Source: Candidatus Fervidifonticultor secundus (GTDB lineage: Bacteria > Sysuimicrobiota > Sysuimicrobiia > Sysuimicrobiales > Humicultoraceae). Taken from it: DNA of 64,000 bases. Below are positions 51,863 through 60,672 of this stretch, piece after piece. The translations under genes and the position numbers were made by a program. The notes beneath the pieces were generated by a model. That model worked only from the letters and a program-made list of their open reading frames with translations, was not told the origin of the DNA and did not search any database. Location: the NCBI GenBank assembly GCA_031459385.1, contig JAVKIP010000002.1:355-64354 (forward strand). Reading direction: 5' to 3'. Numbering within the stretch: the stretch's first letter is position 1; each line of letters starts with the position of its first letter.

Positions 51863-52383
51863 CCACCCTGGAAGGTCGGCGCGTCGCCGTCCTCACCGCC
51901 AGCGAGACCGTGGCCCGAGGGGCGGGCACCGATACCAGCGGCGATGTGGTGGTAGAGCGCCTGACCGCCATGGGCGCTGAGATCGTGGCGCGGGACGTGG
52001 TCCGCGACGACCGGGCGGTCATCGCCCAGCGCCTGCGCGCCTACGCCGACGACCTGGGTGTGGCGCTCGTGCTGACCACCGGCGGCAGCGGTCTCTCCCC
52101 CACTGACGTGACGCCCGAGGCCACGCTGGACGTGGTGGAACGACTCGTCCCCGGGCTCCCGGAGGCAGCGCGCCAGCGCACCGCGGCCGCAGCCCCCCTG
52201 GCCGTGCTCTCGCGCGGGGTCGCGGGCATCCGCGGGCGCACGCTCATCGTGAACCTGCCAGGCAGCCCCCGGGCCGTGCGCGAGTGGCTGGACGTTCTCC
52301 TGCCGGTGCTGCCGCACGCGCTAGCGCTGCTCGGCGGCGAGTCGCCCCCCTGGGGCCAGGAGCACCGCACGGACATCCGGTGA
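51859..52383 (+). CDS. moaB: MogA/MoaB molybdopterin adenylyltransferase
   Basis: DTSG, TTGGSG.SPTDVTPEA, LSRG, NLPGSP. Confidence 0.9.
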   Translation: MTTLEGRRVAVLTASETVARGAGTDTSGDVVVERLTAMGAEIVARDVVRDDRAVIAQRLRAYADDLGVALVLTTGGSGLSPTDVTPEATLDVVERLVPGLPEAARQRTAAAAPLAVLSRGVAGIRGRTLIVNLPGSPRAVREWLDVLLPVLPHALALLGGESPPWGQEHRTDIR

Positions 52384-53816
52384 GCGACCCCGGACCACCG
52401 TGGAGCCGGTGGGAGCGGCGCTGGACCCTGCTGCTCCTGGGAGCCGTCGCACTCAGTCTGGCTGGCCTGGGCCTGCCATCGTTGCAGGGCGACGACGTCT
52501 TCTACGGTGCCATCGCGCGGCACATCGTCGCCTCCGGCGAGTGGATCACGCTGACCCATCCCGACCATCCCGGGTGGCTGGTGGACAAGCCGCCCCTGAC
52601 GTTCTGGCTCATGGCCATCTCGCTGCGCCTGGGGGGCGACCACCCCGGGGTGCTGCGCTTCTGGCACGTGGGGCTCGCCCTGGCCACGGTAGCCGCGACG
52701 TGGCGGCTCGGCCGGCGTGCGCTGGGGCGCGAGGGCGGAGTGCTGGCCGCGCTGTTGCTGGGGACCAGCGGGCAGTTCTTCTACGTGGCCTTCGATCCGG
52801 CACAGGACATCCCCCTGACGTTCTTCCTGACCGTGGCCATGCTGGCCTACACCGACTACCGGGCCGGGGCCGGCGTGCGCGCCGCGGTGCTGACAGGACT
52901 GGCTGTCGCGCTGGCGGTGCTGACCAAAGGCATCGTGGCGCTCGTCGTGTTCGGACTGGTGGTCGCCGGCGATCTGGGGCTGCCGCCGTGCGGCGGGGCC
53001 TGGCGCTGGCGCGACGTCTGCGCCGGTGCCGCCGTCTTCCTGGCGGTGGCATCGCCATGGTTCGTCGCGGGTGCGCTCCGGGGCGGGCGGCCGTTCGTCG
53101 ACACGTTCTTCCTCTGGGGCCCGTTGGGCGTCGGGCGCTTCTTCCAGGGCGTGACGGCCAGGATGCCCTACGGGCAGGCGCTGGTGATCTTCGTGCCGAC
53201 GCTGATGGTGGGCGTCCTGCCGTGGACGGGGCTGCTCCCCGGGGCGGTGCGCGAGGGGTGGCGGGCCGTGCGCGGCGGCGCGCCGATCCTGCGCGTCTGC
53301 GCCCTGTGGGCGGGCCTCTACTTCCTGCTGCTGTCGCTGTCGCCAGGGGACAAGATGATGCACCACCTGCTGCCGCTCTATCCGGCAGCGATGGTCCTCG
53401 CCGCGCGCTTCGTGCTGGCCGCCGACGGGGATCCCCTGCGCCTGCGCGCGTCCGCAGGCGTGGCGCTGGCGGCCATCGTCCCGGCCGTCGCCGGTCTGGT
53501 CATCATGCGCCTGCGCTACCCCGAGACAGCCGGCGCCGTGCTGCCGGCGGCCGCGCCGTTCGTGCTCGGGTTGCTGGCCGCGCTGGGGGCGTTCGCCGCC
53601 CGTGCCCTCCGGGGCCGTGCGCGCGAAGCGGTGGCGCTCGCCGGGGCGGCGATACTGGTCGCGCACGGGTTTGCCGAGGCGCTGGTGTTGCGTCGCTGGG
53701 ACGCGTTCGCGCCAGCTGGGCGTCCCACCGCGCCGCCGGTGCTCCGGCAGGGTGGAGCCCCAAGCGGTGATCTGGTGGGACGGGGTGTGGTGGGGGCGCG
53801 TGGCGGCTTGCCTTGA
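52380..53816 (+). CDS. ArnT-like GT-C (family 39/83) membrane glycosyltransferase
   Basis: DD..Y..IAR....SG.W, DKPPL.FW, LAVLTKG, PW motifs; many TMs. Confidence 0.85.
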   Translation: MSDPGPPWSRWERRWTLLLLGAVALSLAGLGLPSLQGDDVFYGAIARHIVASGEWITLTHPDHPGWLVDKPPLTFWLMAISLRLGGDHPGVLRFWHVGLALATVAATWRLGRRALGREGGVLAALLLGTSGQFFYVAFDPAQDIPLTFFLTVAMLAYTDYRAGAGVRAAVLTGLAVALAVLTKGIVALVVFGLVVAGDLGLPPCGGAWRWRDVCAGAAVFLAVASPWFVAGALRGGRPFVDTFFLWGPLGVGRFFQGVTARMPYGQALVIFVPTLMVGVLPWTGLLPGAVREGWRAVRGGAPILRVCALWAGLYFLLLSLSPGDKMMHHLLPLYPAAMVLAARFVLAADGDPLRLRASAGVALAAIVPAVAGLVIMRLRYPETAGAVLPAAAPFVLGLLAALGAFAARALRGRAREAVALAGAAILVAHGFAEALVLRRWDAFAPAGRPTAPPVLRQGGAPSGDLVGRGVVGARGGLP

Positions 53817-53842
53817 CGCTGGCAGATGGCGACCGATATAAT
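53813..53842 (+). promoter_or_regulatory. Near-consensus sigma70 promoter TTGACG-N18-TATAAT of the T-box/tRNA/ilvE-leuS transcript
   Basis: Near-consensus -35 and perfect -10. Confidence 0.85.
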
Positions 53843-54042
53843 TGCACGAGATTTCCGCCATATCGGCGACGAACGGGAGCAGTAGGCCGGAAGTCTGCCT
53901 GCGAGCGAGCCGGTGGAGGGTGCGAACCGGCGGCAGGCCCGGCTGAACTCGCCCGGGAGCCGCGGGCGCGAACGCGTCGCGGACGCGACGCCAAGCGTCC
54001 GCCGCCTGGCCCGCGAGACGGGTCTAGAGTGGATGGACGCAC

Positions 54043-54117
54043 GGGGCAGTAGCTCAGCGGGAGAGCGCCCGCTTGGCGTGCGGGAGGTCGAGGGTTCAAT
54101 TCCCTCCTGCTCCACCA
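54043..54117 (+). tRNA. tRNA-Ala(GGC), 75 nt, CCA encoded
   Basis: Full cloverleaf: GGGGCAG/CTGCTCC acceptor with G3:U70, GCTC/GAGC D-stem, CCCGC-TTGGCGT-GCGGG anticodon arm (GGC 54075-54077), GAGGG-TTCAATT-CCCTC T-arm, A73-CCA. Confidence 0.96.
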
Positions 54118-54153
54118 GCGTGATCGGCGCGTCCGTCAACCGGGGTGGTACCG

Positions 54154-54199
54154 CGGAGGCCGCCTTCGCCCTTGGGGAGGAGGCGGCGCGCCGTTTTTT
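54154..54199 (+). terminator. T-box intrinsic terminator
   Basis: GCCGCCTTC(54159-67)/GGAGGCGGC(54179-87) stem, extendable by CGG/CCG, followed by TTTTTT 54194-54199; overlaps the 3' strand of the antiterminator. Confidence 0.88.
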
Positions 54200-54213
54200 G
54201 GGAGGAGAGCGGG

Positions 54214-55146
54214 ATGCAGCCATCGAGTCGGGTCTGGTTTGACGGCAAGCTGGTGCCGTGGGACGAGGCCACGGTGCACGTCGCAGCCCACGTCATCCAG
54301 TACGGGTCCAGCGTCTTCGAGGGCATCCGCTGCTACGAGACGGCGAGCGGGCCCGCGATCTTCTGCCTGACCCCGCACCTGCGGCGCCTGGAGGACTCGT
54401 GCAAGATCTTCCGCATGGCGCTGCCCTACACGACCGAGGATCTCGCCCGGGCGATCCTCGAGACCGTGGGGGTCAACGGGCACCGGTCGTGCTACATCCG
54501 CCCGGTGGTGTTCCGGGGCGTGGAGTCGTGGAGCGTGGAGCCGCGCCGCTCGCCGCTGCACGTGGCCATCATCACCATCGAGTGGGGGCGCTATCTGGGG
54601 CCCGAGGCGATCGAGCAGGGCGTCGACGTCATGGTGAGCTCGTGGCGGCGCATGGCCCCCGATACGCACCCTGGCATGGGCAAGATCGGCGGGAACTACG
54701 TCAACTCGGCGTTTGTCGTCATGGAGGCGGTGGACAACGGGTACGCCGAGGGGATCGCCCTGGACGTGTACGGGTACGTCAGCGAGGGCAGCGGGGAGAA
54801 CGTGTTCGTGGTGCGCGACGGCGTGATCTACACGCCACCGCTGGCCGCCTCAATTCTCAGCGGCGTGACGCGTATGGTGGTCACGACGCTGTGCCGCGAC
54901 TTGGGCATCGAGGTGCGGGAGATCCCGATCCCCCGCGAGTTGCTCTACGTGGCCGACGAGGTCTTCTTCACCGGGACCGCCGCAGAGATCACCCCGGTGC
55001 GGTCGGTGGACAAGGTGCGCATCGGCGGCGGGACCCGCGGACCGGTCACGCGGCGGCTGCAGGAGGAGTTCTTCGGTATCGTCGAAGGCCGGATTCCCGA
55101 CCGGCACGGCTGGCTCACGGCCGTGCCCGTCCTGAGCCGGCCGTAG
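54214..55146 (+). CDS. ilvE: Branched-chain amino acid aminotransferase
   Basis: QYGSSVFEGIR.Y, YIRP, K.GGNY.NS, EGSGEN, FFTGTAAEITP; GGAGGA SD. Confidence 0.95.
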   Translation: MQPSSRVWFDGKLVPWDEATVHVAAHVIQYGSSVFEGIRCYETASGPAIFCLTPHLRRLEDSCKIFRMALPYTTEDLARAILETVGVNGHRSCYIRPVVFRGVESWSVEPRRSPLHVAIITIEWGRYLGPEAIEQGVDVMVSSWRRMAPDTHPGMGKIGGNYVNSAFVVMEAVDNGYAEGIALDVYGYVSEGSGENVFVVRDGVIYTPPLAASILSGVTRMVVTTLCRDLGIEVREIPIPRELLYVADEVFFTGTAAEITPVRSVDKVRIGGGTRGPVTRRLQEEFFGIVEGRIPDRHGWLTAVPVLSRP

Positions 55147-55171
55147 CGCGCCCGGGAGGCGTCCGGAACCC

Positions 55172-57622
55172 ATGCGGTACGATCACCGGACCGTCGAGGC
55201 GAAGTGGCAGGCGCGGTGGGAGGCCGACCGGCTGTACCACGCGCCGGACTTCGACCCGCGGCCCAAGTTCTACTTCCTGACGATGTACCCGTATCCGTCG
55301 GGGGACGGGCTGCACATCGGCCACTGGTACGCCATGGCGCCCTCCGATGCGGCCGCGCGCTACAAGCGGATGCGGGGGTACAACGTGATGCTCCCCATGG
55401 GCTTCGACGCCTTCGGGCTGCCGGCGGAGAACGCCGCGATCAGCCGGGGCGTCCACCCGTACCGGTGGACGATGGACAACATCGCCCGGATGCGCCAGCA
55501 ACTGCGCTCCATGGGCGCGATGTGGGACTGGGACCGCGAGATCGTGACCTGCCAGCCCGAGTACTACCGGTGGAACCAGTGGTTCTTCCTGAAGATGTAC
55601 GAGCGCGGCCTGGCCTACCGCGCGCTGGCGCCGGTGGACTGGTGCCCGAAGGACAACACCACGCTGGCCCGCGAGCAGGTGGTGGGCGACGAGCGCGTCT
55701 GCGAGCGGTGCGGGACGCCGGTGGTCAAGAAGAACCTGGAGCAGTGGTTCCTGAAGATCACGGCGTACGCCGACGAGCTGCTCGACTTCTCGACGATCCA
55801 GTGGCCCGAACGCGTCGTCACGCTCCAGCGGAACTGGATCGGGCGCAGCGACGGGGTGGAGTTCGCCCTCGAGGTCCGCGGGCACCCCGGCGTGACGTTC
55901 CGGGTGTTCACCACCCGGCCCGACACCGTCTTCGGCATGACGTTCTGCGTGCTGGCGCCGGAGCACCCGCTGGTCGACCGCCTGGTGACCCCCGACCGGC
56001 GGGCGGTGGTGGACGCCTACAAGTTCAAGGCCGCGCGCGAGTCGGACATCGAGCGCCTGTCCACCGAGAAGGAGCGCGACGGGGTCTTCATCGGCGCCTA
56101 TGCCCTCAATCCCATGAACGGCGCCGCGGTGCCCATCTACATCGCGGACTACGTGCTGCTGACCTACGGCACCGGCGCCATCATGGGTGTGCCCGCGCAC
56201 GATGCCCGCGACTTCGACTTCGCCCGCAAGTACGGGCTACCCATTCCGGTGGTGGTGGCGCCGCCGGGGTGGGACGGGCAGCCGCTCGCCGCCGCGTACC
56301 TCGGCGAGGGGACGATGGTGAACTCGGGCGAGTTCGACGGCCTGCCCTCAACCGTGGCGTGGCAGCGCATCGCCGACGCCATGGTGGCCCGCGGCATCGG
56401 CGAGCGGAAGGTGCACTACCGCCTCCACGACTGGCTGATCAGCCGCCAGCGCTACTTCGGCACGCCGATCCCCATCGTCTACTGCGGCCACTGCGGTATC
56501 GTGCCGGTGCCGGAGGAGGACCTGCCGGTGGTGCTGCCCGAGGACGCGGAGTTCCGCCCGACCGGCGAGTCCCCCCTGAAGTACCACGACGGATTCCGGC
56601 GCACGACCTGCCCCCGGTGCGGGGCGGAGGCCGAGCGCGAGACGGACACTATGGATACCTTCGTGGACTCCTCCTGGTACCAGTACCGCTACCTGAGCCC
56701 GCACGACAGCCAGCGGCCGTTCGATCCTGCCGTGGGGCGGTACTGGCTACCCGTCGACCAGTACACCGGCGGCGTGGAGCACGCCGTCATGCACCTGCTG
56801 TACACGCGGTTCTGGACCAAGGTGATGCGCGACCTCGGGCTGGTCACGTTCGACGAGCCGATGCTGCGGTTGTTCAACCAGGGCATCATCCTGGGCCCCG
56901 ACGGCCATCGCATGAGCAAGTCCCGGGGAAACGTCGTCAATCCCGATGAGCTCGTGGCCGCGCATGGCGCCGACGTGGTCCGCGCGTACCTGATGTTCAT
57001 CGGTCCGTGGGACGAGGGCGGCCCGTGGGATCCCCAGGGCATCGGCGGGATCGTGCGCTTCCTGGGCCGGGTCTGGAGCCTCGTGACCCAGACCGCCAGC
57101 CGCACGCCGGCCGGAGCCCCCGACGGCGGCGCGGACCGCGAGCTGGAGTACTGGGTACACCGTACGATCGCACGGGTCACGGCCGACCTGGAAGAGTTCC
57201 GGTTCCACACCGCCCTGGCGGCCCTCATGGAGTTCACCAACACGTTGCAGCGGCTGCGGGAGGCCCTGGCCGCGACGGTGGCCTGGCAGGCGGCCCTGCG
57301 GACGCTGGTGCTCCTGCTCGCGCCGTTCTGCCCGCACATGGCGGAGGAGCTCTGGGTGGAGCATCTCGGAGAGGCCTACAGCGTCCACACCCAGGCATGG
57401 CCCGCCTACGATCCCGCGAAGGCCGTCGCCGAGCACCAGACGCTGGTGCTCCAGGTCGACGGCCGGGTGCGCGACCGCATCCAGGTGCCGGCCGGCATCA
57501 GCGACGAGGAGGCGCGGGCGCGGGCGCTGTCGAACCCGCGGGTGCGTCAGTTCATTGACGGCCGGCAGGTCGCCAGCATCATCGTTGTGCCAGGGCGCCT
57601 GGTCAACGTCGTGACGCGCTGA
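55172..57622 (+). CDS. leuS: Leucine--tRNA ligase
   Basis: MYPYPSG.GLHIGH, DAFGLPAENAA, FTTRPDT, GTGAIMGVPAHD.RD, RMSKS. Confidence 0.98.
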   Translation: MRYDHRTVEAKWQARWEADRLYHAPDFDPRPKFYFLTMYPYPSGDGLHIGHWYAMAPSDAAARYKRMRGYNVMLPMGFDAFGLPAENAAISRGVHPYRWTMDNIARMRQQLRSMGAMWDWDREIVTCQPEYYRWNQWFFLKMYERGLAYRALAPVDWCPKDNTTLAREQVVGDERVCERCGTPVVKKNLEQWFLKITAYADELLDFSTIQWPERVVTLQRNWIGRSDGVEFALEVRGHPGVTFRVFTTRPDTVFGMTFCVLAPEHPLVDRLVTPDRRAVVDAYKFKAARESDIERLSTEKERDGVFIGAYALNPMNGAAVPIYIADYVLLTYGTGAIMGVPAHDARDFDFARKYGLPIPVVVAPPGWDGQPLAAAYLGEGTMVNSGEFDGLPSTVAWQRIADAMVARGIGERKVHYRLHDWLISRQRYFGTPIPIVYCGHCGIVPVPEEDLPVVLPEDAEFRPTGESPLKYHDGFRRTTCPRCGAEAERETDTMDTFVDSSWYQYRYLSPHDSQRPFDPAVGRYWLPVDQYTGGVEHAVMHLLYTRFWTKVMRDLGLVTFDEPMLRLFNQGIILGPDGHRMSKSRGNVVNPDELVAAHGADVVRAYLMFIGPWDEGGPWDPQGIGGIVRFLGRVWSLVTQTASRTPAGAPDGGADRELEYWVHRTIARVTADLEEFRFHTALAALMEFTNTLQRLREALAATVAWQAALRTLVLLLAPFCPHMAEELWVEHLGEAYSVHTQAWPAYDPAKAVAEHQTLVLQVDGRVRDRIQVPAGISDEEARARALSNPRVRQFIDGRQVASIIVVPGRLVNVVTR

Positions 57623-57662
57623 GGCCGCCGTACGCCGCCCCCGCCCGGGTCGATGTCTTTGG

Positions 57663-58304
57663 GTGGGGGCGAGGCGTATCTCGCGTGCCGAGCAGATCGC
57701 TCTTGGAGCACTCGTGTGCGCGTCGGCGCTCCTGATCGGCGTGGCCAGCCGGAGCGCCCGTGCGCCCGCGCCCGTCGTCATCACCACGCCCCGGGCGCCC
57801 ATGCCGGTCCGTGTCCACGTCGCGGGCGAGGTGGTCTGGCCTGGCCTCTATGCGCTGTCCCCCGGCGCCCGCGTCCAAGATGCGATCGCCGCCGCGCGCG
57901 GCCCCACGCTCCTGGCTGACCTGGACCAGCTCAACCTGGCGGCCGTGCTGCGTGACGGCGACCGCGTCCTGATCCCTCGCCGGGCTCCGACGCCGCCGTC
58001 AGCGGCGTTCCCCGGGGGCGACGCCTCGCCCCGTCGCCGGGCTCCATGTGGTCCCCCGCGCCCCGCCGGCCCGGCGCAACGGCCCCGGTCCCCGGCAGGG
58101 GTGCCGGGCCGGCCGGTGAACGTCAACACGGCCTCCGCCGACGACCTGGAGCGGCTGCCAGGGGTGGGCCCGGTGCTGGCCAGACGGATCGTGCACGACC
58201 GCCAGACCCGCGGCCCGTTCCGACGGGTCGAGGATCTGGAACGGGTGCGCGGTATCGGCCCCGGCCTCGTACGGCGCCTCCGGCCGCTGGTGCGGCTCGA
58301 TTGA
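57663..58304 (+). CDS. comEA: ComEA family DNA-binding protein (SLBB plus helix-hairpin-helix)
   Basis: TM anchor, VHVAGEV..PGLY, LNLA..L.DG, VNVNTAS...L..LPGVGP. Confidence 0.9.
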   Translation: MGARRISRAEQIALGALVCASALLIGVASRSARAPAPVVITTPRAPMPVRVHVAGEVVWPGLYALSPGARVQDAIAAARGPTLLADLDQLNLAAVLRDGDRVLIPRRAPTPPSAAFPGGDASPRRRAPCGPPRPAGPAQRPRSPAGVPGRPVNVNTASADDLERLPGVGPVLARRIVHDRQTRGPFRRVEDLERVRGIGPGLVRRLRPLVRLD

Positions 58305-58305
58305 C

Positions 58306-58331
58306 GGAACCCGGGCCGTCCGGCCTCCGTA
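58306..58331 (+). promoter_or_regulatory. ECF-type autoregulatory promoter GGAACC-N16-CGTA
   Basis: Classic ECF -35/-10 about 30 nt upstream of the ECF sigma start. Confidence 0.7.
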
Positions 58332-58361
58332 GAAGCAGAGGGGCACGGGCGCAGGTGGGAT

Positions 58362-58949
58362 GTGACCGACGAACGCCGGCATGCCCGACCAGCGTACACC
58401 CCGGAGGACGTGGCGCAGTTTGAGACCCTCGTGGCGCGGTACGGTGCCCACGTGTATGCGGTGGCTTACCGGCTGGCGGGCAACGAGGCCGACGCCCGGG
58501 ATCTGGCCCAGGAGGCCTTCATCCGGGCCTGGCGCGCACTGCGGACGATCCAGCCCGGGACGGCTCTGGAAGGCTGGTTCTACCGCATCGTCAAGAACCT
58601 GTACATCGATCTGGTGCGCCGGAAGCCCCGCCAGCGTGTCCAATCGCTGGACGCGCCCCTCGACACCGGCGAGGCGACCGTGGCCCGCGAGCGGCCCGAC
58701 CCGGCCGCCGACGTCGAGCGTGCTGCGGCCGACCGCGCCATCGACCGGCGCATCCAGGCCGCGCTGCTGGCGCTGCCGCCCGACCTGCGCGCGGTCGTGG
58801 TACTCTCTGACGTCGAGGGCTACGGGTACGAGGAGATCGCCGCGATGCTCGACATCCCCATCGGCACGGTGAAGTCGCGGCTGCACCGCGCACGGCGCGC
58901 GTTGCGCGACCGGCTGGCGCCCCATCGGGCGGAGCTGATGCAGCCATGA
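58362..58949 (+). CDS. ECF sigma factor
   Basis: DARDLAQEAF, W.YRI, GYEEIA.ML..PIGTVKSRLHRAR. Confidence 0.94.
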   Translation: MTDERRHARPAYTPEDVAQFETLVARYGAHVYAVAYRLAGNEADARDLAQEAFIRAWRALRTIQPGTALEGWFYRIVKNLYIDLVRRKPRQRVQSLDAPLDTGEATVARERPDPAADVERAAADRAIDRRIQAALLALPPDLRAVVVLSDVEGYGYEEIAAMLDIPIGTVKSRLHRARRALRDRLAPHRAELMQP

Positions 58950-59455
58950 GCGCACCCCACGGGCTGCGGCAGCACCTGAGCGCCTACCTCGACGACGAGT
59001 TGCTCCCCGGGGAAGCTGCCAAGGTGCGCAGGCACCTGGCCGAGTGTCCTGCGTGTGCCGCGGAGCTGGAGGAGCTCAGGGCCGTGCGGGCGCTGCTGCG
59101 CCGGCTGTCGCCGCCACCGGTACCCGAGGGATTTCTCAAGGGCCTGCGCGCCCGTCTGGCAGCGGAAGCCGCCACCGGCCGCCGGGCGTGGTGGCGGCCG
59201 GTCCTGGTGCCGCGGCCGGCCGTCCTGGTGGCCGCGGTGGTCGCTGTGTTGATCCTGGTGGGCCTGCCGCTCGCGCGCGGCCGGCTCGAGCGCCTGCGCG
59301 CCGCCGAAGTGGGACCGGACCTCTTCATACGGGCGTACGTGCCCAATGCCGCCGTCGACCCGCTGGTGGACCGGGCGTACCTGGGGCTGCTGGTCACCGA
59401 TGCGAACCTGCGCCTGATCGGCGAGGACCCGCGGCAGATCGGGGGACAGCGGTGA
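58946..59455 (+). CDS. zf-HC2 anti-sigma factor
   Basis: LSAYLDDEL, HLAECPAC, TM helix. Confidence 0.9.
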   Translation: MSAPHGLRQHLSAYLDDELLPGEAAKVRRHLAECPACAAELEELRAVRALLRRLSPPPVPEGFLKGLRARLAAEAATGRRAWWRPVLVPRPAVLVAAVVAVLILVGLPLARGRLERLRAAEVGPDLFIRAYVPNAAVDPLVDRAYLGLLVTDANLRLIGEDPRQIGGQR

Positions 59456-60576
59456 GCGCGCTCGGCCTCGGCACCCGCGCCGGTTGGCAGCTCCGGCGCT
59501 CTGCGGCCACGGGCGCGGCCGGCCGGCTGCCGGTACTCGCCGCGACGCTGCTCGGCGCGCTGGCCGCAGGCCTGCTGGGCGTGCTGGCCGTGGGACGTGC
59601 AGCCGCGCAGCCCGCCCCGGAGCGTCTCCTGGGCGGCGTCTTGCTGGACCAGTTCCTGCGCCACGCGATGCTCGCCCCGCAGATCATCGACTACGAGGGC
59701 ACGAAGATCATCTCGGTGCTGCGGGGCGCCACCATGGAGAGCGTGACGGTCAGCGAGGCGCACAAGCGCCCCAACCGAACCCGTCTGGAGTTCCTCTCGC
59801 CCGAGGCCGTGGCGGGCCGCCTGGTGGTCGATGACGGCCTGCAGACCTGGCAGTACGAACCGCGCCTGCACGTGGTGATTCAGGGCCCCTCGCTCGCACC
59901 GCCGGTGGAAGCGCCGCCCGCGAGGCTCACCGATCGCTACGAGGCGTCGGTGATGGGCCTCGAGCAGGTCATCGGCCGCCTGGCCGTCCACGTGCGGCTG
60001 CGGCCCCGCGGCGCGGGCGGCGAGCGGCGCCTGTGGATCGACCGCTACACCGGCGTGGTGCTGCGCAGCGAGGACCGCGACCCCGTCGACGGCGTGGTCG
60101 CCACCAGCTTCTTCACGCGGATCAGCTACGGCCTGAACTTCCCCTCGGCGATGTTCCTCCCGCGCATCCCGGCCGGCGCACGCGTCCTCTCCCCGGCGGA
60201 GGTCGCGGAGCCCGTGATGCCCCTTGGGGCGCTGGAACGGCGGGTGGGCTACGCCGTCCGCGCGCCGGCGGTGCTGCCGGGTGGGTTCCGGCTGCTGGGC
60301 GGCGAGGTCGTCAGCGCCGGCGTCCTGCGCGCCGCGCACCTGCACTACCACGACGGCACCCGGGCCCTGGGCCTGTTCGTGGTACCGTCGCGCCGGCTGG
60401 GCCCGCCGCGCAGCGAGATCCCGGTGCCCATGCTGGGCCCGCGCGCGGCGGCGACCGCCCGGGGCGCGACGCGAATGGTGCAGTGGGAGACGGGCGGCAT
60501 GCGCTACGCCCTGGTCGGGCCACTCCCGCTGGCCGACCTCGTGACACTCGCGCAGGCCGTGGCGCCCCCGCGCTAG
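59452..60576 (+). CDS. MucB/RseB-like sigma-E regulatory protein
   Basis: YEGTK, RLEFLSP, DDG..TWQYEP, LWIDRYTGVVLR; paralogous to 2292..3377. Confidence 0.82.
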   Translation: MSALGLGTRAGWQLRRSAATGAAGRLPVLAATLLGALAAGLLGVLAVGRAAAQPAPERLLGGVLLDQFLRHAMLAPQIIDYEGTKIISVLRGATMESVTVSEAHKRPNRTRLEFLSPEAVAGRLVVDDGLQTWQYEPRLHVVIQGPSLAPPVEAPPARLTDRYEASVMGLEQVIGRLAVHVRLRPRGAGGERRLWIDRYTGVVLRSEDRDPVDGVVATSFFTRISYGLNFPSAMFLPRIPAGARVLSPAEVAEPVMPLGALERRVGYAVRAPAVLPGGFRLLGGEVVSAGVLRAAHLHYHDGTRALGLFVVPSRRLGPPRSEIPVPMLGPRAAATARGATRMVQWETGGMRYALVGPLPLADLVTLAQAVAPPR

Positions 60577-60672
60577 CCGGGCCCGTGCCGGCCGCCGGCC
60601 ACCGCGCGCGAGCGACCGGCGGCGCGCAGGACTAGGGAAGGGCTGGGCCGCCGACGGCGCGAATCGCGGCCC

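Larger units (their letters stand above)
53864..54199 (+). ncRNA. T-box riboswitch, Leu (CUC) specifier, with a tRNA-Ala gene embedded in Stem III
   Basis: Stem I 53864-53962 with K-turn, AGUA/GAA S-turn, specifier CUC 53948-53950, AG bulge and GGUGCGA loop; Stem II 53964-54000; Stem III 54032-54040/54129-54137; T-box AACCGGGGUGGUACCGCG 54138-54155; antiterminator and terminator. Confidence 0.92.

Noticed and set aside
54043..54130. tRNA-Ala as an integration (att) site of a mobile element
   Set aside because: No duplicated tRNA 3' fragment or integrase was seen; the flanks are T-box Stem III strands and housekeeping genes
53813..54242. Short ORFs 53813..54052 and 53913..54242 as leader peptides
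   Set aside because: They overlap the promoter, T-box and tRNA, and lack an SD and Leu-codon runs
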